Shown here: positions 51,635 to 61,733 of the stretch, piece after piece | Position numbering within the stretch: position 1 is the stretch's first letter | Layout: each line of letters opens with the position of its first letter | NCBI GenBank assembly: GCA_963823035.1 | Contig: CAWGKG010000015.1 | Coordinates: 1-64,000 of the forward strand | Direction: 5' to 3' | From: an uncultured Gemmatimonadales bacterium | GTDB lineage: Bacteria > Gemmatimonadota > Gemmatimonadetes > Longimicrobiales > Gaopeijiaceae | DNA length: 64,000 nucleotides | Program-made: the position numbers and the translations under genes | Notes under the pieces: generated by a model | Database searches by the model: none | What the model was told of the DNA's origin: nothing | What the model saw: the letters and a program-made list of their open reading frames with translations, nothing else

Positions 51635-54559
51635 TTATAGCATCGCCGGCTCGGTGCCGGAGGGCAGGCGGTACGCCTCCCGCTCGGGACGCACGGGGCG
51701 GAGGAGCCAGTAGGGACGACGCGTTCCATCGGGGGAGTAGCGGTCGGCGGGACGGGTCATCTCCAGCCACTTGTGATAGACGGCCTGGGCCCGCTCCCGG
51801 TCCACGTGGATGTCACCGTAGGCGTCGCCGGGGCGGGCGGGAGCCACGCGCACGGCCTGGTGCCAGCAGTGCGAGCCCGAGATCGGGTCCGGGTGCACCG
51901 CGTGCGTGAGGTTCTGGTGGACGCCCACGTCGGTCCACCAGATGCGCATCGTATCCGCGTCCGAGGACGCGAACGGTCCGACCCCCGCCTTGCGCCGCAG
52001 CCCCCACTCGGACGCCTCGTGCTCCAGGGCGACGGTGGCCATCCCCATGCGCTGCCCATCGTTGCCCTCGGGCTTCCAGCGGCCCATGTGGTGGCTGCAC
52101 GCCACCACGCCCGGTCGGATCCCCTCGGTGACCCACGCCTTGATCACGAAGTGGCCGATCTCCGTCTCGACGCGCACCAGGTCGCCGGTGGCGCCGATGC
52201 CCAGGCGCGCCGCGTCGGTCGGGTGGATCCACAGGGGGTTCGTGTGGGCGATCTCCTCCAGCCACTTGGCGTTGGCGCTGCGGGTGTGGACATGCACCGG
52301 GAGCCGGAACGTGGAGATCAGGCACATCTGGTCCCGGTCCAGGTTCTGCCGATGCACGTGGCTGCGCACGTAGCCGGGGAGGGCCAGCTCGGGCCACCCC
52401 CAGTCGTGCAGCGTGCGCGACCAGAACTCGAGCCGCCCCGTGGGCGTCGGGAAGCCGCGCAGGATCTCTCCGTCCACGCGCACCCCGACGCGGCGGCGCC
52501 CCTCCGCGTCCCCCTCCATGGGAGGCAGGGGCACCACGTTCGGGGACGGGGGCTTCGGGGCGTGACTGTACACCCGCCCCGTCCCGTCCACGCGCACGTC
52601 GTCGAGCTCCGCGTCCGGAACGCGCTCCTCGTGCACGGCGCCGACGCCGCGCGCCACCTCGAACGCCCCGTAGCGCCGCATGTACTCCAGCGGCGTGACG
52701 CCCTCCGCCGCGGCCGCCGCGGGAAGACCGGGCACGGAGTGCTCGAACATCCAGCCGTAGTACTCGTCGAGGCCGATCTTCTCCCCGGGCCGCTGGCGCG
52801 ATTCGAAGAAGCTCCGGATTCCCAACGCCCCGTCCGGATCGATCCGCCAGGTGAGCTCGATCCAGAACTCGTTCTCCTCCCACACCTCCCCGGGGTTGAC
52901 CTCGCGGGTGTCACGGATCGTCTCACCCAGGCGCGTGCGCGCCGCGCGCAGCACCGGCTGGCGGAAGCCGATCCACTGTCCGTCGTACTGCTCGTAGGAC
53001 GTCAGGTCGTGGCGCTCCGTGGAGTGTCCCATCGGCAGGACGTAGTCCGCGAAGAAGGCGCTCTCGCTCCAGGTGGGCGTCATCGCCACGTGCAGGCCGA
53101 TGCGCTCGGGGTCGGTGAGCATCTCGATCCACCCGAAGCCGTCCGGGTTCGTCCACACGGGGTTGTAGACGCGGGTGAAGTACACGTCCACGTAGCCGCC
53201 CCGCTCCTTCGTCAGGTAGGGGAGGAGGAACGACATCTCCATGAGCGCGAGCGGGTACTCGCGCGGCCAGGTCATCTCGTTCCAGGTCGCGGGGTGTCGC
53301 GCCGGGAGGTGGATGGGCCGCGGAACGAACTTGTTCCATGCGTTGGGGAAGGTCCCGCCCTCCGTGGCGATCGCGCCGAGGAGCGCGTTCAGCAGGAAGA
53401 GCGTCCGCGACACCTGCCATCCACCCAGGTTGCCCGCCGCCGCGCTCCGCCAGTTGTGGGTGGCCAGACGGGTTCCCGCGGAGGCCACGAGCGCGGCCAC
53501 CTCACGCAGCACGCCGGCGTCGATCCCGGACTCCGCCGCCGCGAAGTCGAAGGTGTGCTCCGCGTACACCTCCTCGAGCGCGGCCTCGAAGTCCTCGAAC
53601 GTCGCGTCCGGCCGGCCGTGGACCGCCTCCATGTAGTCCGCCCAGTTCCACCACCGCCGCACGAAGTCCCGGTCGTAGCGGCGCTCACGGATCATCCACG
53701 CCGCAATCGCGAGGAAGATGGCCGGCTCGGAGCCCGGGTAGGGCGACAGCCAGTGGTCGGCGTGCGTGGCCGTGTTCGACAGGCGGATGTCGAGCACGAT
53801 CAGCTTGGCGCCCCCCTTCTTCGCCTCGATGATGCGCTGCGCGTGCGGGTTGAAGTAGTGCCCGGCCTCCAGGTGGCTGCTCACCAGGAGCATGACCTTC
53901 GCGTTCGCGTGGTCGGGGCTGGGCCGGTCCATCCCCATCCAGAAGTGGTAGCCGGCGCGCGCGCCGCTCGAGCAGATGTTCGTGTGCGAGTTGTGCCCGT
54001 CGACGCCCCAGGCGGCCATGACCCGTTCCGTGAAGCCGTCCTCGCCGGGTCGACCCACGTGGTACATGACCTCGCGGTGGCGCCCCTCGTCCATCGCGGC
54101 GCGAATCCGTCCGGCGATGTCGTCGAGCGCCTCGTCCCAGGTCACGCGCGCCCACTTCCCCTCCCCGCGCGCACCCACCCGCTTGAGGGGGTGCAGGATG
54201 CGGTCGGGGTCCGTGATCTGGTTCACGGTGGCCGGGCCCTTGGCGCAGTTCCGCCCCCGCGACCCGGGGTGCTCGGGATTCCCCTCGACCTTGCGGACCT
54301 GGAGGGAGTCCCGGTCCACGTACGCGAGCAGGCCGCACGCCGACTCGCAGTTGAAGCAGGTGGTCGGCACCAGCATGTAGCGCTTCTCGACCCGACGCGG
54401 CCACGCCTTCGAGTCCAGCTCGACCCAGTCGTTCCAGCGTTCGCGCGGCGGGAAGGCGGCCAGGTGGACCCGGCTCGCACCCGGGTAGAAGGTCTCGCCG
54501 CGCGCCTCGGTCTCGGCGCGGGCGGCGGATACGCGCCGGTTCAGCTCGTTCACGTCCAT
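51635..54559 (-). CDS. Molybdopterin (bis-MGD) oxidoreductase catalytic subunit, no Tat signal
   Basis: CFNCESAC..NCAKG (FS0), HTNICSS, YNPVWTNPDG, ADYVLP..ER, HTRS, IHP.DA. Confidence 0.92.
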   Translation of the reverse strand: MDVNELNRRVSAARAETEARGETFYPGASRVHLAAFPPRERWNDWVELDSKAWPRRVEKRYMLVPTTCFNCESACGLLAYVDRDSLQVRKVEGNPEHPGSRGRNCAKGPATVNQITDPDRILHPLKRVGARGEGKWARVTWDEALDDIAGRIRAAMDEGRHREVMYHVGRPGEDGFTERVMAAWGVDGHNSHTNICSSGARAGYHFWMGMDRPSPDHANAKVMLLVSSHLEAGHYFNPHAQRIIEAKKGGAKLIVLDIRLSNTATHADHWLSPYPGSEPAIFLAIAAWMIRERRYDRDFVRRWWNWADYMEAVHGRPDATFEDFEAALEEVYAEHTFDFAAAESGIDAGVLREVAALVASAGTRLATHNWRSAAAGNLGGWQVSRTLFLLNALLGAIATEGGTFPNAWNKFVPRPIHLPARHPATWNEMTWPREYPLALMEMSFLLPYLTKERGGYVDVYFTRVYNPVWTNPDGFGWIEMLTDPERIGLHVAMTPTWSESAFFADYVLPMGHSTERHDLTSYEQYDGQWIGFRQPVLRAARTRLGETIRDTREVNPGEVWEENEFWIELTWRIDPDGALGIRSFFESRQRPGEKIGLDEYYGWMFEHSVPGLPAAAAAEGVTPLEYMRRYGAFEVARGVGAVHEERVPDAELDDVRVDGTGRVYSHAPKPPSPNVVPLPPMEGDAEGRRRVGVRVDGEILRGFPTPTGRLEFWSRTLHDWGWPELALPGYVRSHVHRQNLDRDQMCLISTFRLPVHVHTRSANAKWLEEIAHTNPLWIHPTDAARLGIGATGDLVRVETEIGHFVIKAWVTEGIRPGVVACSHHMGRWKPEGNDGQRMGMATVALEHEASEWGLRRKAGVGPFASSDADTMRIWWTDVGVHQNLTHAVHPDPISGSHCWHQAVRVAPARPGDAYGDIHVDRERAQAVYHKWLEMTRPADRYSPDGTRRPYWLLRPVRPEREAYRLPSGTEPAML

Positions 54560-54572
54560 GGCCGGGCCTCCC

Positions 54573-56108
54573 TCACGCCAGGGGGACGGATTGGCCCGCC
54601 TGAACGTAGGCGTGCTCGTACGCGAAGAGGGCGGCGAGGCCCGCGAGGGCGCCGCTCACCGGCTCGGCCGGGGCGACCACGATCGCGAGCCCCGCGAGGA
54701 TGACGCCGGCCCAGAAGAACGGCGCCCACCGCCCCCGCATCATCGCCCGCGCGGCGAGCGCGGCGTGCTCCGTGGGGTGGCCGACGGTGGCCTCGCCGAA
54801 CGCGAAGGCGAGGTGCAGCACCAGCGCCAGGCCGAAGAAGGACACGACGGGGGCGCGCGCGGGCCCTTCACCGACGATCAGAAGGAGGACCGCGCCCCCG
54901 GCCGCGAAGGCCTGGATCAGCAGGTGCGGCGCGAGCATCGGGCTCTGCCACAGGTCGCGGGCGCGGGCCTGAGCGAACAGGTAGGCGGTGTAGATCGACG
55001 TCATCGCGGCCAACGGGCCGCCGATCCATCCCAGGCGTGGCGCGAGGTCCGCCCTCCCGGTGAGGGCGAGCCCGAGGTGGCCGGCGAGGAGCGTGCCGTA
55101 CGCGGTCAGGATGAACCCGCCGCGCACGAGCCAGCTCCGCCACTGCGGTCGCAGCAGCACCATCCAGAAGCGCTCCGGGTGCTCCAGGTCCCACACCAGC
55201 ACGCCGCCCGTGGCGACCAACGCGAGGAGCGCCACGACCGGAGCGGTGATCGCCCACGCCCGGGACGTCCAGGGAAGCAGCCCCAGCACGGCCAGCAGGA
55301 GCGGCATGAGATACGCCCCCGCGGCCACGGACTTGGTGAAGGTGTAGAGGCTCACCCTCCAGTCCCACGGCGCGCGGTGCGGCACGTCGTAGGAGACCAC
55401 GGCGGCCGCCGAGCTGTTCCAGGGACCCGGGTGGCCCGCGGGAACCTGATGCTTCAGGGCGCCCTGCTCCCCCCAGAGGAAGAGGCCCCCGTCGGGACGG
55501 CGCGCCGCCAGCGGATCGAGCGTCACCTGGTCGGCGCCCTTGTAGAACAGCTTGGGTCGGGTCCCCTTCTCCGGCCTGCGGACGGTGACGGCGTCCCGGT
55601 GGATGATCGCGGACACCGCGGAGAGGGGATCGTCCATGTCCCCGACCATGAGCGCCTGCGTGGGGCAGACGACCACGCACGCGGGCTCGAGGCCCACGTC
55701 CAGCCGGTGCGCGCAGAAGTTGCACTTCTCGGCCGAGTGGTCCTCGGGATTGATGAAGATCGCGTCGTAGGGGCACGCCGCGATGCACGCCTTGCACCCG
55801 ATGCAGATCGACTTGTCGAAGTCCACGATGCCGTCCGGCCGCTTGTGCATCGCCGCGGTCGGGCAGGCGGTCACGCACGGCGCGTCCTCGCACTGGTTGC
55901 AGCGCGTGACCTGGAAGGAGCGTCGCGCCTGCGGGAAGGCACCCGTGTCCACGTACTTCACGTAGGTGCGGGTGACCGAAAGCGGGACCTCGTTCTCGGA
56001 CTTGCAGGCCGTGGTGCAGGCGTGGCAGCCGATGCAGCGGGTGTGATCCACGACCTTCGCCCACCGGGGCGCGGTCGGGGCCTTCGGGGCGGTGGAGGTC
56101 GGGGGCAT
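54573..56108 (-). CDS. 4Fe-4S dicluster electron-transfer domain fused to an NrfD/PsrC-like membrane anchor
   Basis: CIGCHAC, CNQCEDAPC, CIGCKACIAACP, KCNFC; TM part WDWRVSLY, DLEHPERF, SWLVRG. Confidence 0.9.
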   Translation of the reverse strand: MPPTSTAPKAPTAPRWAKVVDHTRCIGCHACTTACKSENEVPLSVTRTYVKYVDTGAFPQARRSFQVTRCNQCEDAPCVTACPTAAMHKRPDGIVDFDKSICIGCKACIAACPYDAIFINPEDHSAEKCNFCAHRLDVGLEPACVVVCPTQALMVGDMDDPLSAVSAIIHRDAVTVRRPEKGTRPKLFYKGADQVTLDPLAARRPDGGLFLWGEQGALKHQVPAGHPGPWNSSAAAVVSYDVPHRAPWDWRVSLYTFTKSVAAGAYLMPLLLAVLGLLPWTSRAWAITAPVVALLALVATGGVLVWDLEHPERFWMVLLRPQWRSWLVRGGFILTAYGTLLAGHLGLALTGRADLAPRLGWIGGPLAAMTSIYTAYLFAQARARDLWQSPMLAPHLLIQAFAAGGAVLLLIVGEGPARAPVVSFFGLALVLHLAFAFGEATVGHPTEHAALAARAMMRGRWAPFFWAGVILAGLAIVVAPAEPVSGALAGLAALFAYEHAYVQAGQSVPLA

Positions 56109-56207
56109 CGCGAGAGGGTCGCGGTGGAGCGGGCAGAGGACGGCGCCAACCTATCGCCTGCGCCGATCCGGCGATACCGCCCGCCGGCCGCGCCGCGCCC
56201 GGGAGAT

Positions 56208-57564
56208 TCAGCCCCGCGGCGCGAGCCCTCGGAGTCCCTCCACGAGCCACTCGGGAATCCGCGCCCGATCGCGCGGCGAGGTCCCGTCCGCCCCGTGCAG
56301 GGCCGTCGAGCAGGCGATCGAGCGCGGCGTCCAGCCGCGCCTGCGCCTCCGGGTCGATGCCGGCGGCCTCGATCACCGGATCGGCGGAGACGCGCGGGCC
56401 GCGGATCGGCTCGTAGCTGATGCGCCCCTCGAGCTCGACGACCAGGTCGTGCAGCGCGAGCGCCGACTCAGCGAGCTCCCGAACGCGGGCGTAGTGCTCC
56501 AGCCGCTCGGGCCTCGACGAGGAGAAGTCCTCGAGCGCGGTGGCCATCCGCAGCGAACGCAACGGCCCGGACATCCCCGCCTCCGTCGCGGCCGTCAGGT
56601 AGGCCTCCCGGTAGAGCGCGGCCTCCTGCGCCTGCGCGGCGTCCACGTAGGCTTCGTAGCGCTCCCAGTACGGGCGCACCTCCGGGTAGGACGAGGGATC
56701 GGCCAGGTAGGCGCCCTCGAGCCACGCGTCCGGTACCGGCCCCGGAGCCGTCTCCGTCCCGAGCGCGTCCACGCGCTCGACGAAGCCCTCGTAGGCGTCC
56801 TGCCGGATCTGCTCCTCCGTGCGCGTCACGGTCCGAGGGGCACGGACCCGCTCGACGCCCGTCGCGTTCTCCGCGTCCGCCTCGTCGGTACCGAGCGCCG
56901 GGCGCCCCACGCGCGCGAAGACCACGGCCGCGCCGATCAGGACCACGAAGAGCGCGACCACGCCTATCCGGTTCGGCCGGGCCGGCGTGAGCTTGCGCTG
57001 GGGAGGCGCGAAGCGAGGGCGTCCGAAGGGGCCTTCGTGGCTCACGCGCTCGGGGCCACGGAGCACCTCGCTCGACTGGGCGGTCACGAGCGGCAGGTCG
57101 TGCCCGTGCCGGTTCGACGCCGCCGCGTCGTAGCGGCGCTCCTCCTCCATCTTCAGGATGAAGGCGCGCTGTGCTTCCTCCGGCGTTTCCTCGGGGGTCG
57201 GCGCGAGATCCAGCTCGATCTCGTCGGTCGGCGGCGTCCTGGGCGCGCTTCCCGACTCCGTTCCGGGCGCCTCGGCCGTCGCACCCGCCGCGAGGTCCTC
57301 GGCGTCGCCCTCCTCGTCGCCCGCGCGCGCCTCCTCGGCGATGCGTCGGGAGAGGCGCTCGGCGTCGGGGTGCGTGACCAGCGGATCGCGGAAGAGCGCG
57401 ACCATCGGATGGACCTCCGCGCGGGTCCATGCGCCCGTCAGGGCATCGAAGACCTCGTCCTCGGGCCGGACCACGCCGGACCGGACGAGCTCCGCGAAGG
57501 TGTCCATCGTGCGCGGCTCGAGCAGCCGGCCGTCGTGCGTCCGTATCCGGAAACGACCATCCAT
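56208..57564 (-). CDS. Hypothetical bitopic membrane protein (frameshift near the 3' end)
   Basis: N-terminal GYF-like domain (LVRSGVVRPEDEV..GAW), acidic linker, TM IGVVALFVVLIGAAVVF, and domain VPDAWLEGAYLADPSSYP. Confidence 0.65.
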
Positions 57565-57910
57565 CCTACGTGCAGCCCTCTCCCCATCGACCCCGAACCG
57601 TCCGGTCCCACCTGGGAACGACGGCCCGCCGGCTGCATGCCGGAGGACCGAGACGACCGGATGTGTCGGAGACGCCCGCCCTGGTGTTCGCCGGCCAGGA
57701 AGATGGTCTTCCCTACGCGGCCACCGACCCGGTGGGTCGGGCGGACCGGCGTCCCGAAGGGAGGGGAGGACGCGGAGCGGACACGTCTTCCCTCGTATCA
57801 ACGGTAGACCCGTCCAGCGCCGGGACGCAAGGAGATCGGGGGCCGCGTGGCAGGGTTCGTTCGGGCGCCGGAACATCCGTTCCCGCCCTCCCCGGCGGGG
57901 CCGGCGGAGG

Positions 57911-58381
57911 TCACGGGCCCACCCGCGCCCGCGCCCGCTCCACCTGCTCGATGAGCGACGCGCTGAAGACCTCCTTGTTCGCCTCGAACCAGACGACCCA
58001 CGACGGCGTGCGGCGCAGGTGGTCCTCCAGCGTCCGCTCGTAGCTCTCCCACATCTGTCGGTCGAGAGCGCCGACCCGGTGCTGGTAGACCAGGTTGCCG
58101 AAGTGACGGAACACCGCCGTCATGTACGCGTCCCACCGAACGCGCTCCTCGGGGGACAGCACCTCCGGGTTCGCCTGGGCACGGTGGAGGAACGCTGCGA
58201 ACTCCGAGTCCCGGAAGGAGTGCTCCAGGAGCGTGATGCTGTTCTGCACCATGGAGTTGAACGACGCCGCGCGCACCGACGTCGTGTTCTGCTGCATCTG
58301 CTGCGCGAGGTAGACCAGAGAGACGACGACGCCGAGGGCGCCGACGAACTCACCGAGGTTTCCGAGGGCCTGGAGGGTCAC
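57911..58381 (-). CDS. Hypothetical protein with N-terminal TM
   Basis: LQALGNLGEFVGALGVVVSLVYLAQQ..N..YQHRVG..W; GC3-rich frame. Confidence 0.7.
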   Translation of the reverse strand: MTLQALGNLGEFVGALGVVVSLVYLAQQMQQNTTSVRAASFNSMVQNSITLLEHSFRDSEFAAFLHRAQANPEVLSPEERVRWDAYMTAVFRHFGNLVYQHRVGALDRQMWESYERTLEDHLRRTPSWVVWFEANKEVFSASLIEQVERARARVGP

Positions 58382-58806
58382 TTGGCTGAACACGCGGGTG
58401 CCGGAGGTGCGTGGGAGGGTCTCGATCCGGGGTCGGTCCCTGCTGCGCTTCGTCGGCGGGGCGTACGGAGGTCTCCGGATCGATCGAGGAAGAAAGATAC
58501 TGAACGTACGTCCGGAGACGAGCACCCTCGGAACGCTCCCTGGTGCGGCGCAGGCGGCCCATCACCGCTCCCACGTGGAAGGAGGAGCCCAGGAGCAGAA
58601 GGACTGCGCCGAGGATCGCACCGAGGCCGATCGGGGCGCTGGGGGGGCCGGACACGGCGAGCGCCAGGAGGACGAACCCGCCGACGACCTCCGCCAGCGG
58701 GAGGATCGGGACGCCCAGGCCCACGCGGCGCGACCGCCCTCGCCTTCACGGCCCCGGAGACGAGGAGAAGGATCGCGGTGATCACGAGGAGCGGCGTCAC
58801 GTGCAT
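58350..58806 (-). CDS. Hypothetical membrane protein (frameshifted; 3' end uncertain)
   Basis: MHVTPLLVITAILLLVSGAVK followed by LPLAEVVGG TM segments; SD GGAGG. Confidence 0.5.
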
Positions 58807-58821
58807 GGGTGCCTCCGCTTC

Positions 58822-58975
58822 TCAGCCGAGCAGCTCGTCGACGAGAAAGAGGTCGGTGAGCAGCGCGCGCAGGTGCACGTTCGCGTTCAGGTTGTCGATC
58901 AACTGCGAGCTGATGGACGGCTGCGCCGCGACCAGGCGCACCGCCGCGTGGCGCGCGGGCGTCGCCGTCGATCAT
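58822..58975 (-). CDS. Small hypothetical protein (start uncertain)
   Basis: Frame AQPSISSQLIDNLNANVHLRALLTDLFLVDELLG* with coding-like codon usage. Confidence 0.5.
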
Positions 58976-59094
58976 GTCGATCACCTCTCCCCACCGTTCG
59001 GCGGGCTCGAGGCAACATAAGAGCCGGCCCAAACGGGCGCGAGCGAACCACGGGAGGCTGGACCGGGCCCACGGGAATCGACACTTTGGAAACC

Positions 59095-60105
59095 ATGGAT
59101 CCGAGCCGTTTCTCCCTCAGGCCGGCATCCCTCGCAGCACTCTCCCTCCTCATCGCGTTCCCAGGCAAGACGCTGGCGCAGGCCGGCTCCTTCGGCCCGC
59201 TGACGTTCGAGGAGGGAGCGCCGCTGCAGCGGATGTCGTACACGCACGCCACGGACGTGGCGGACCCCCTCCCGCGTGGCGCGCTCCAGACCGACGTGTG
59301 GATGGGCTACTCGAACATCTTCGAGCGCGACTCCACAGGCACGCACGACCTCTTCCTGGATCTCGAGCGGCTCATCTCGACCGCGGGGGTGCGCTACGGC
59401 GTCGCCGACGGGCTGGAGGTCGGGGGCCGGCTTTCGTGGGAGACGTCGGGCGGGGGCGTCCTCGACGACTTCATCTCGGAGTGGCACCAGACCCTCGGGC
59501 TCGGGAACGCGGACCGGGCCAAGTACCCCAGCGGCAGGTACATCCAGCGGTTGCGCGACCAGGGCGGCGTCGTGCGCCTGGACGTACCCCAACGCACCCT
59601 GGGGCTGGACGACGTGCGCCTCTTCGCGAAGTGGAGGGTCCTGGGATCGACCGGCGGGAGCCGGGTCTTCTCCGTGCGCGCCGTCGCACGCTTCCCCACG
59701 CAGCAGAACCAGGTCGGGCCGCAGCGCTCCGATGTAGCGCTCATGGCCCTGACGCGGCTGTCGTGGAAGCGCTGGCACGTCCACGGCACGGTCGGTGGCG
59801 CGACGGTGCGCGTGGCGCAGGACTACGACGGGCTCCTGCGCTCGTCGTCATGGTTCGCCGACCTCGCCGTCGAGCGCAACCTGACCGGCTCGTTCTCGGC
59901 CCTGGCCCAGTACTCGCTGGCGACGCCTCGCCTGCGCGGGATCGGACAGCCCGAGGTCGACGGCGCGCCCGGCAACCTCCTCTTCGGAGCCGCCGGCTCA
60001 CTGGGTAGGTCCTGGCGCTGGGACGTGAGCTTCCAGGAGGACGTTCCGGCCATGAGCCCCTCCGTGGACTTCACGCTCGGCATCGGCATTCGCAGGAGCT
60101 GGTAG
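59095..60105 (+). CDS. DUF3187-like exported/outer-membrane protein (copy 1)
   Basis: Signal peptide, LDLE..RYG..LEVG..GGVLDDFISEWH..LG; C-terminal FQED..DFTLG..W. Confidence 0.7.
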   Translation: MDPSRFSLRPASLAALSLLIAFPGKTLAQAGSFGPLTFEEGAPLQRMSYTHATDVADPLPRGALQTDVWMGYSNIFERDSTGTHDLFLDLERLISTAGVRYGVADGLEVGGRLSWETSGGGVLDDFISEWHQTLGLGNADRAKYPSGRYIQRLRDQGGVVRLDVPQRTLGLDDVRLFAKWRVLGSTGGSRVFSVRAVARFPTQQNQVGPQRSDVALMALTRLSWKRWHVHGTVGGATVRVAQDYDGLLRSSSWFADLAVERNLTGSFSALAQYSLATPRLRGIGQPEVDGAPGNLLFGAAGSLGRSWRWDVSFQEDVPAMSPSVDFTLGIGIRRSW

Positions 60106-60211
60106 AGGGCCGGGGGGGCGGTCGGCGGGTGGGTGGGAGACTTCCGCGGGTGGGGGGGCCATCTTGGGCATCCACCCCCCGCGAGCCCGACGACGACGGA
60201 AGACCGGTCCG

Positions 60212-61207
60212 ATGTTCCGAACCCTCGCGAACGCCCTCCCGCTCTCCCTCACGCTCCTCTTCCCGTTGGGCGTGTCCGCGCAACGTCCCCCCTTGGGACC
60301 GCTGAGCGCGGAGGAGGGCGCGCCCCTCCAGCGGCTGGGCTACACGCCCATGGTGGAGGCCGCCGCTCCGGTCGGGGTCGGGACGCTGCGCACAGAGGTG
60401 TGGATCGGATACACGAACCTCTTCGAGCAGGACTCCACCGCCGACCACGTGCTCTACCTGGACATGGAGCGGATGGTCACCGCGGTAACCGTCCGCTACG
60501 GTCTCGCCGAGGACGTCGAGGTGGGAGGCCGCCTCTCCCTCCATTCGTCCTGGGGGGGATTCCTGGACGGCGCCATGGTCGGCTTCCATCGCTTGCTGGG
60601 TCTCGGGGTGCGTGAGCGGCCGTTCCATCCGGAAGGCGCGTACCGCGACGTCCTGCGCGACGGGGGTGGACGGACGCTCGCCGAGGTGCCCGAGCGACAT
60701 CTCGCCCTCGACGACGTGCGCCTGTTCGCCAAGTGGGGGCTGCTCGCCGGGCCCCATGGCGCCGGCAGCCTGAGCGTGCGCGCCGTCGCCCGCATCCCCA
60801 CGTCGCAGCCCACGGTCGGATCCGAGCGGGCCGACGTTGGGCTCATGCTCCTCGGCAACGTGGCGTGGCGCGGCGTCCATCTCCACGCCATGGCCGGAGG
60901 GTCCAGCGTGCGGCGCGGCGCCGACATGCTCGACGTCCTCCGCGGTCGGCAGTGGTTCGGGATGGTCGGTGTCGAGCGTCCCCTGCGGGAGGGGCTGTCG
61001 GGTGTGGTCGAGTGGACCGCCTCGACGTCGCTGGTGCGCGACTTCGGTGATCACGACGTGGACGGCGCTCCGATGAACGTCGTCTTCGGCCTCGTGGGCG
61101 TCACCGGGAGCGGCTGGCGGTGGGAGGCGGCGCTGCAGGAGGACTGCCCGCCCCGCGGTCCCTCGCTCGACTTCACGCTGCAACTCGCGCTCGCCCGCAG
61201 CTGGTGA
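60212..61207 (+). CDS. DUF3187-like exported/outer-membrane protein (copy 2)
   Basis: Paralog of 59095: EEGAPLQR, LDME..RYG, GGFLD..FH, LDDVRLFAKW, QED..DFTL..RSW. Confidence 0.7.
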   Translation: MFRTLANALPLSLTLLFPLGVSAQRPPLGPLSAEEGAPLQRLGYTPMVEAAAPVGVGTLRTEVWIGYTNLFEQDSTADHVLYLDMERMVTAVTVRYGLAEDVEVGGRLSLHSSWGGFLDGAMVGFHRLLGLGVRERPFHPEGAYRDVLRDGGGRTLAEVPERHLALDDVRLFAKWGLLAGPHGAGSLSVRAVARIPTSQPTVGSERADVGLMLLGNVAWRGVHLHAMAGGSSVRRGADMLDVLRGRQWFGMVGVERPLREGLSGVVEWTASTSLVRDFGDHDVDGAPMNVVFGLVGVTGSGWRWEAALQEDCPPRGPSLDFTLQLALARSW

Positions 61208-61239
61208 GCGGAGGAGCCGGCGGACGAGCGAGGGGGGAA

Positions 61240-61312
<73 letters not shown>

Positions 61313-61515
61313 GATCGCCCGGATGATACCGGCGCGCGACGGGCGCTTCAAGGTCCCGGCGTCGGCACCCCCGGCCCTTCCGGCAGGGCTCGCCCGGAGT
61401 CTCCCCGGCGGTGGCGCGAGGAACGTGCTGGTGACGCGCCGCACGCCATGCGATCATAGGTCGATCGTTCGCCCTGGACAGGGGCGCCGCGACGGACGCG
61501 ACGGGAGGCCCCCGC

Positions 61516-61686
61516 ATGCTCAAGTGGATCCGTGACGTGAGGCTGGACTTCAAGACCGGGGTGGTCGTGATCATCCTCGCGCTGGTCTTCTGGGGGATCG
61601 TGACGCTGGGCGCGTGTCCGCGACTTCGTGCCCGAGGAGTACAAGGAGTCCGCGCCGGAGACGCCGGTCCGGGTGCCCTAGCCTAG
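61516..61686 (+). CDS. Small single-TM protein (below the ORF-track cutoff)
   Basis: SD GGGAGG; MLKWIRDVRLDFKTGVVVIILALVFWGIVTLG. Confidence 0.5.
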   Translation: MLKWIRDVRLDFKTGVVVIILALVFWGIVTLGACPRLRARGVQGVRAGDAGPGALA

Positions 61687-61733
61687 GACAGGACCCCGGC
61701 AGGCTGTTGAAGAGGGCCCGCGCGGACGGACGC

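Noticed and set aside
51773..54703. Long antisense ORFs here and at 13235-15151, 43538-45571 and elsewhere
   Set aside because: These are expected shadows of high-GC3 genes and contain no recognisable motifs.
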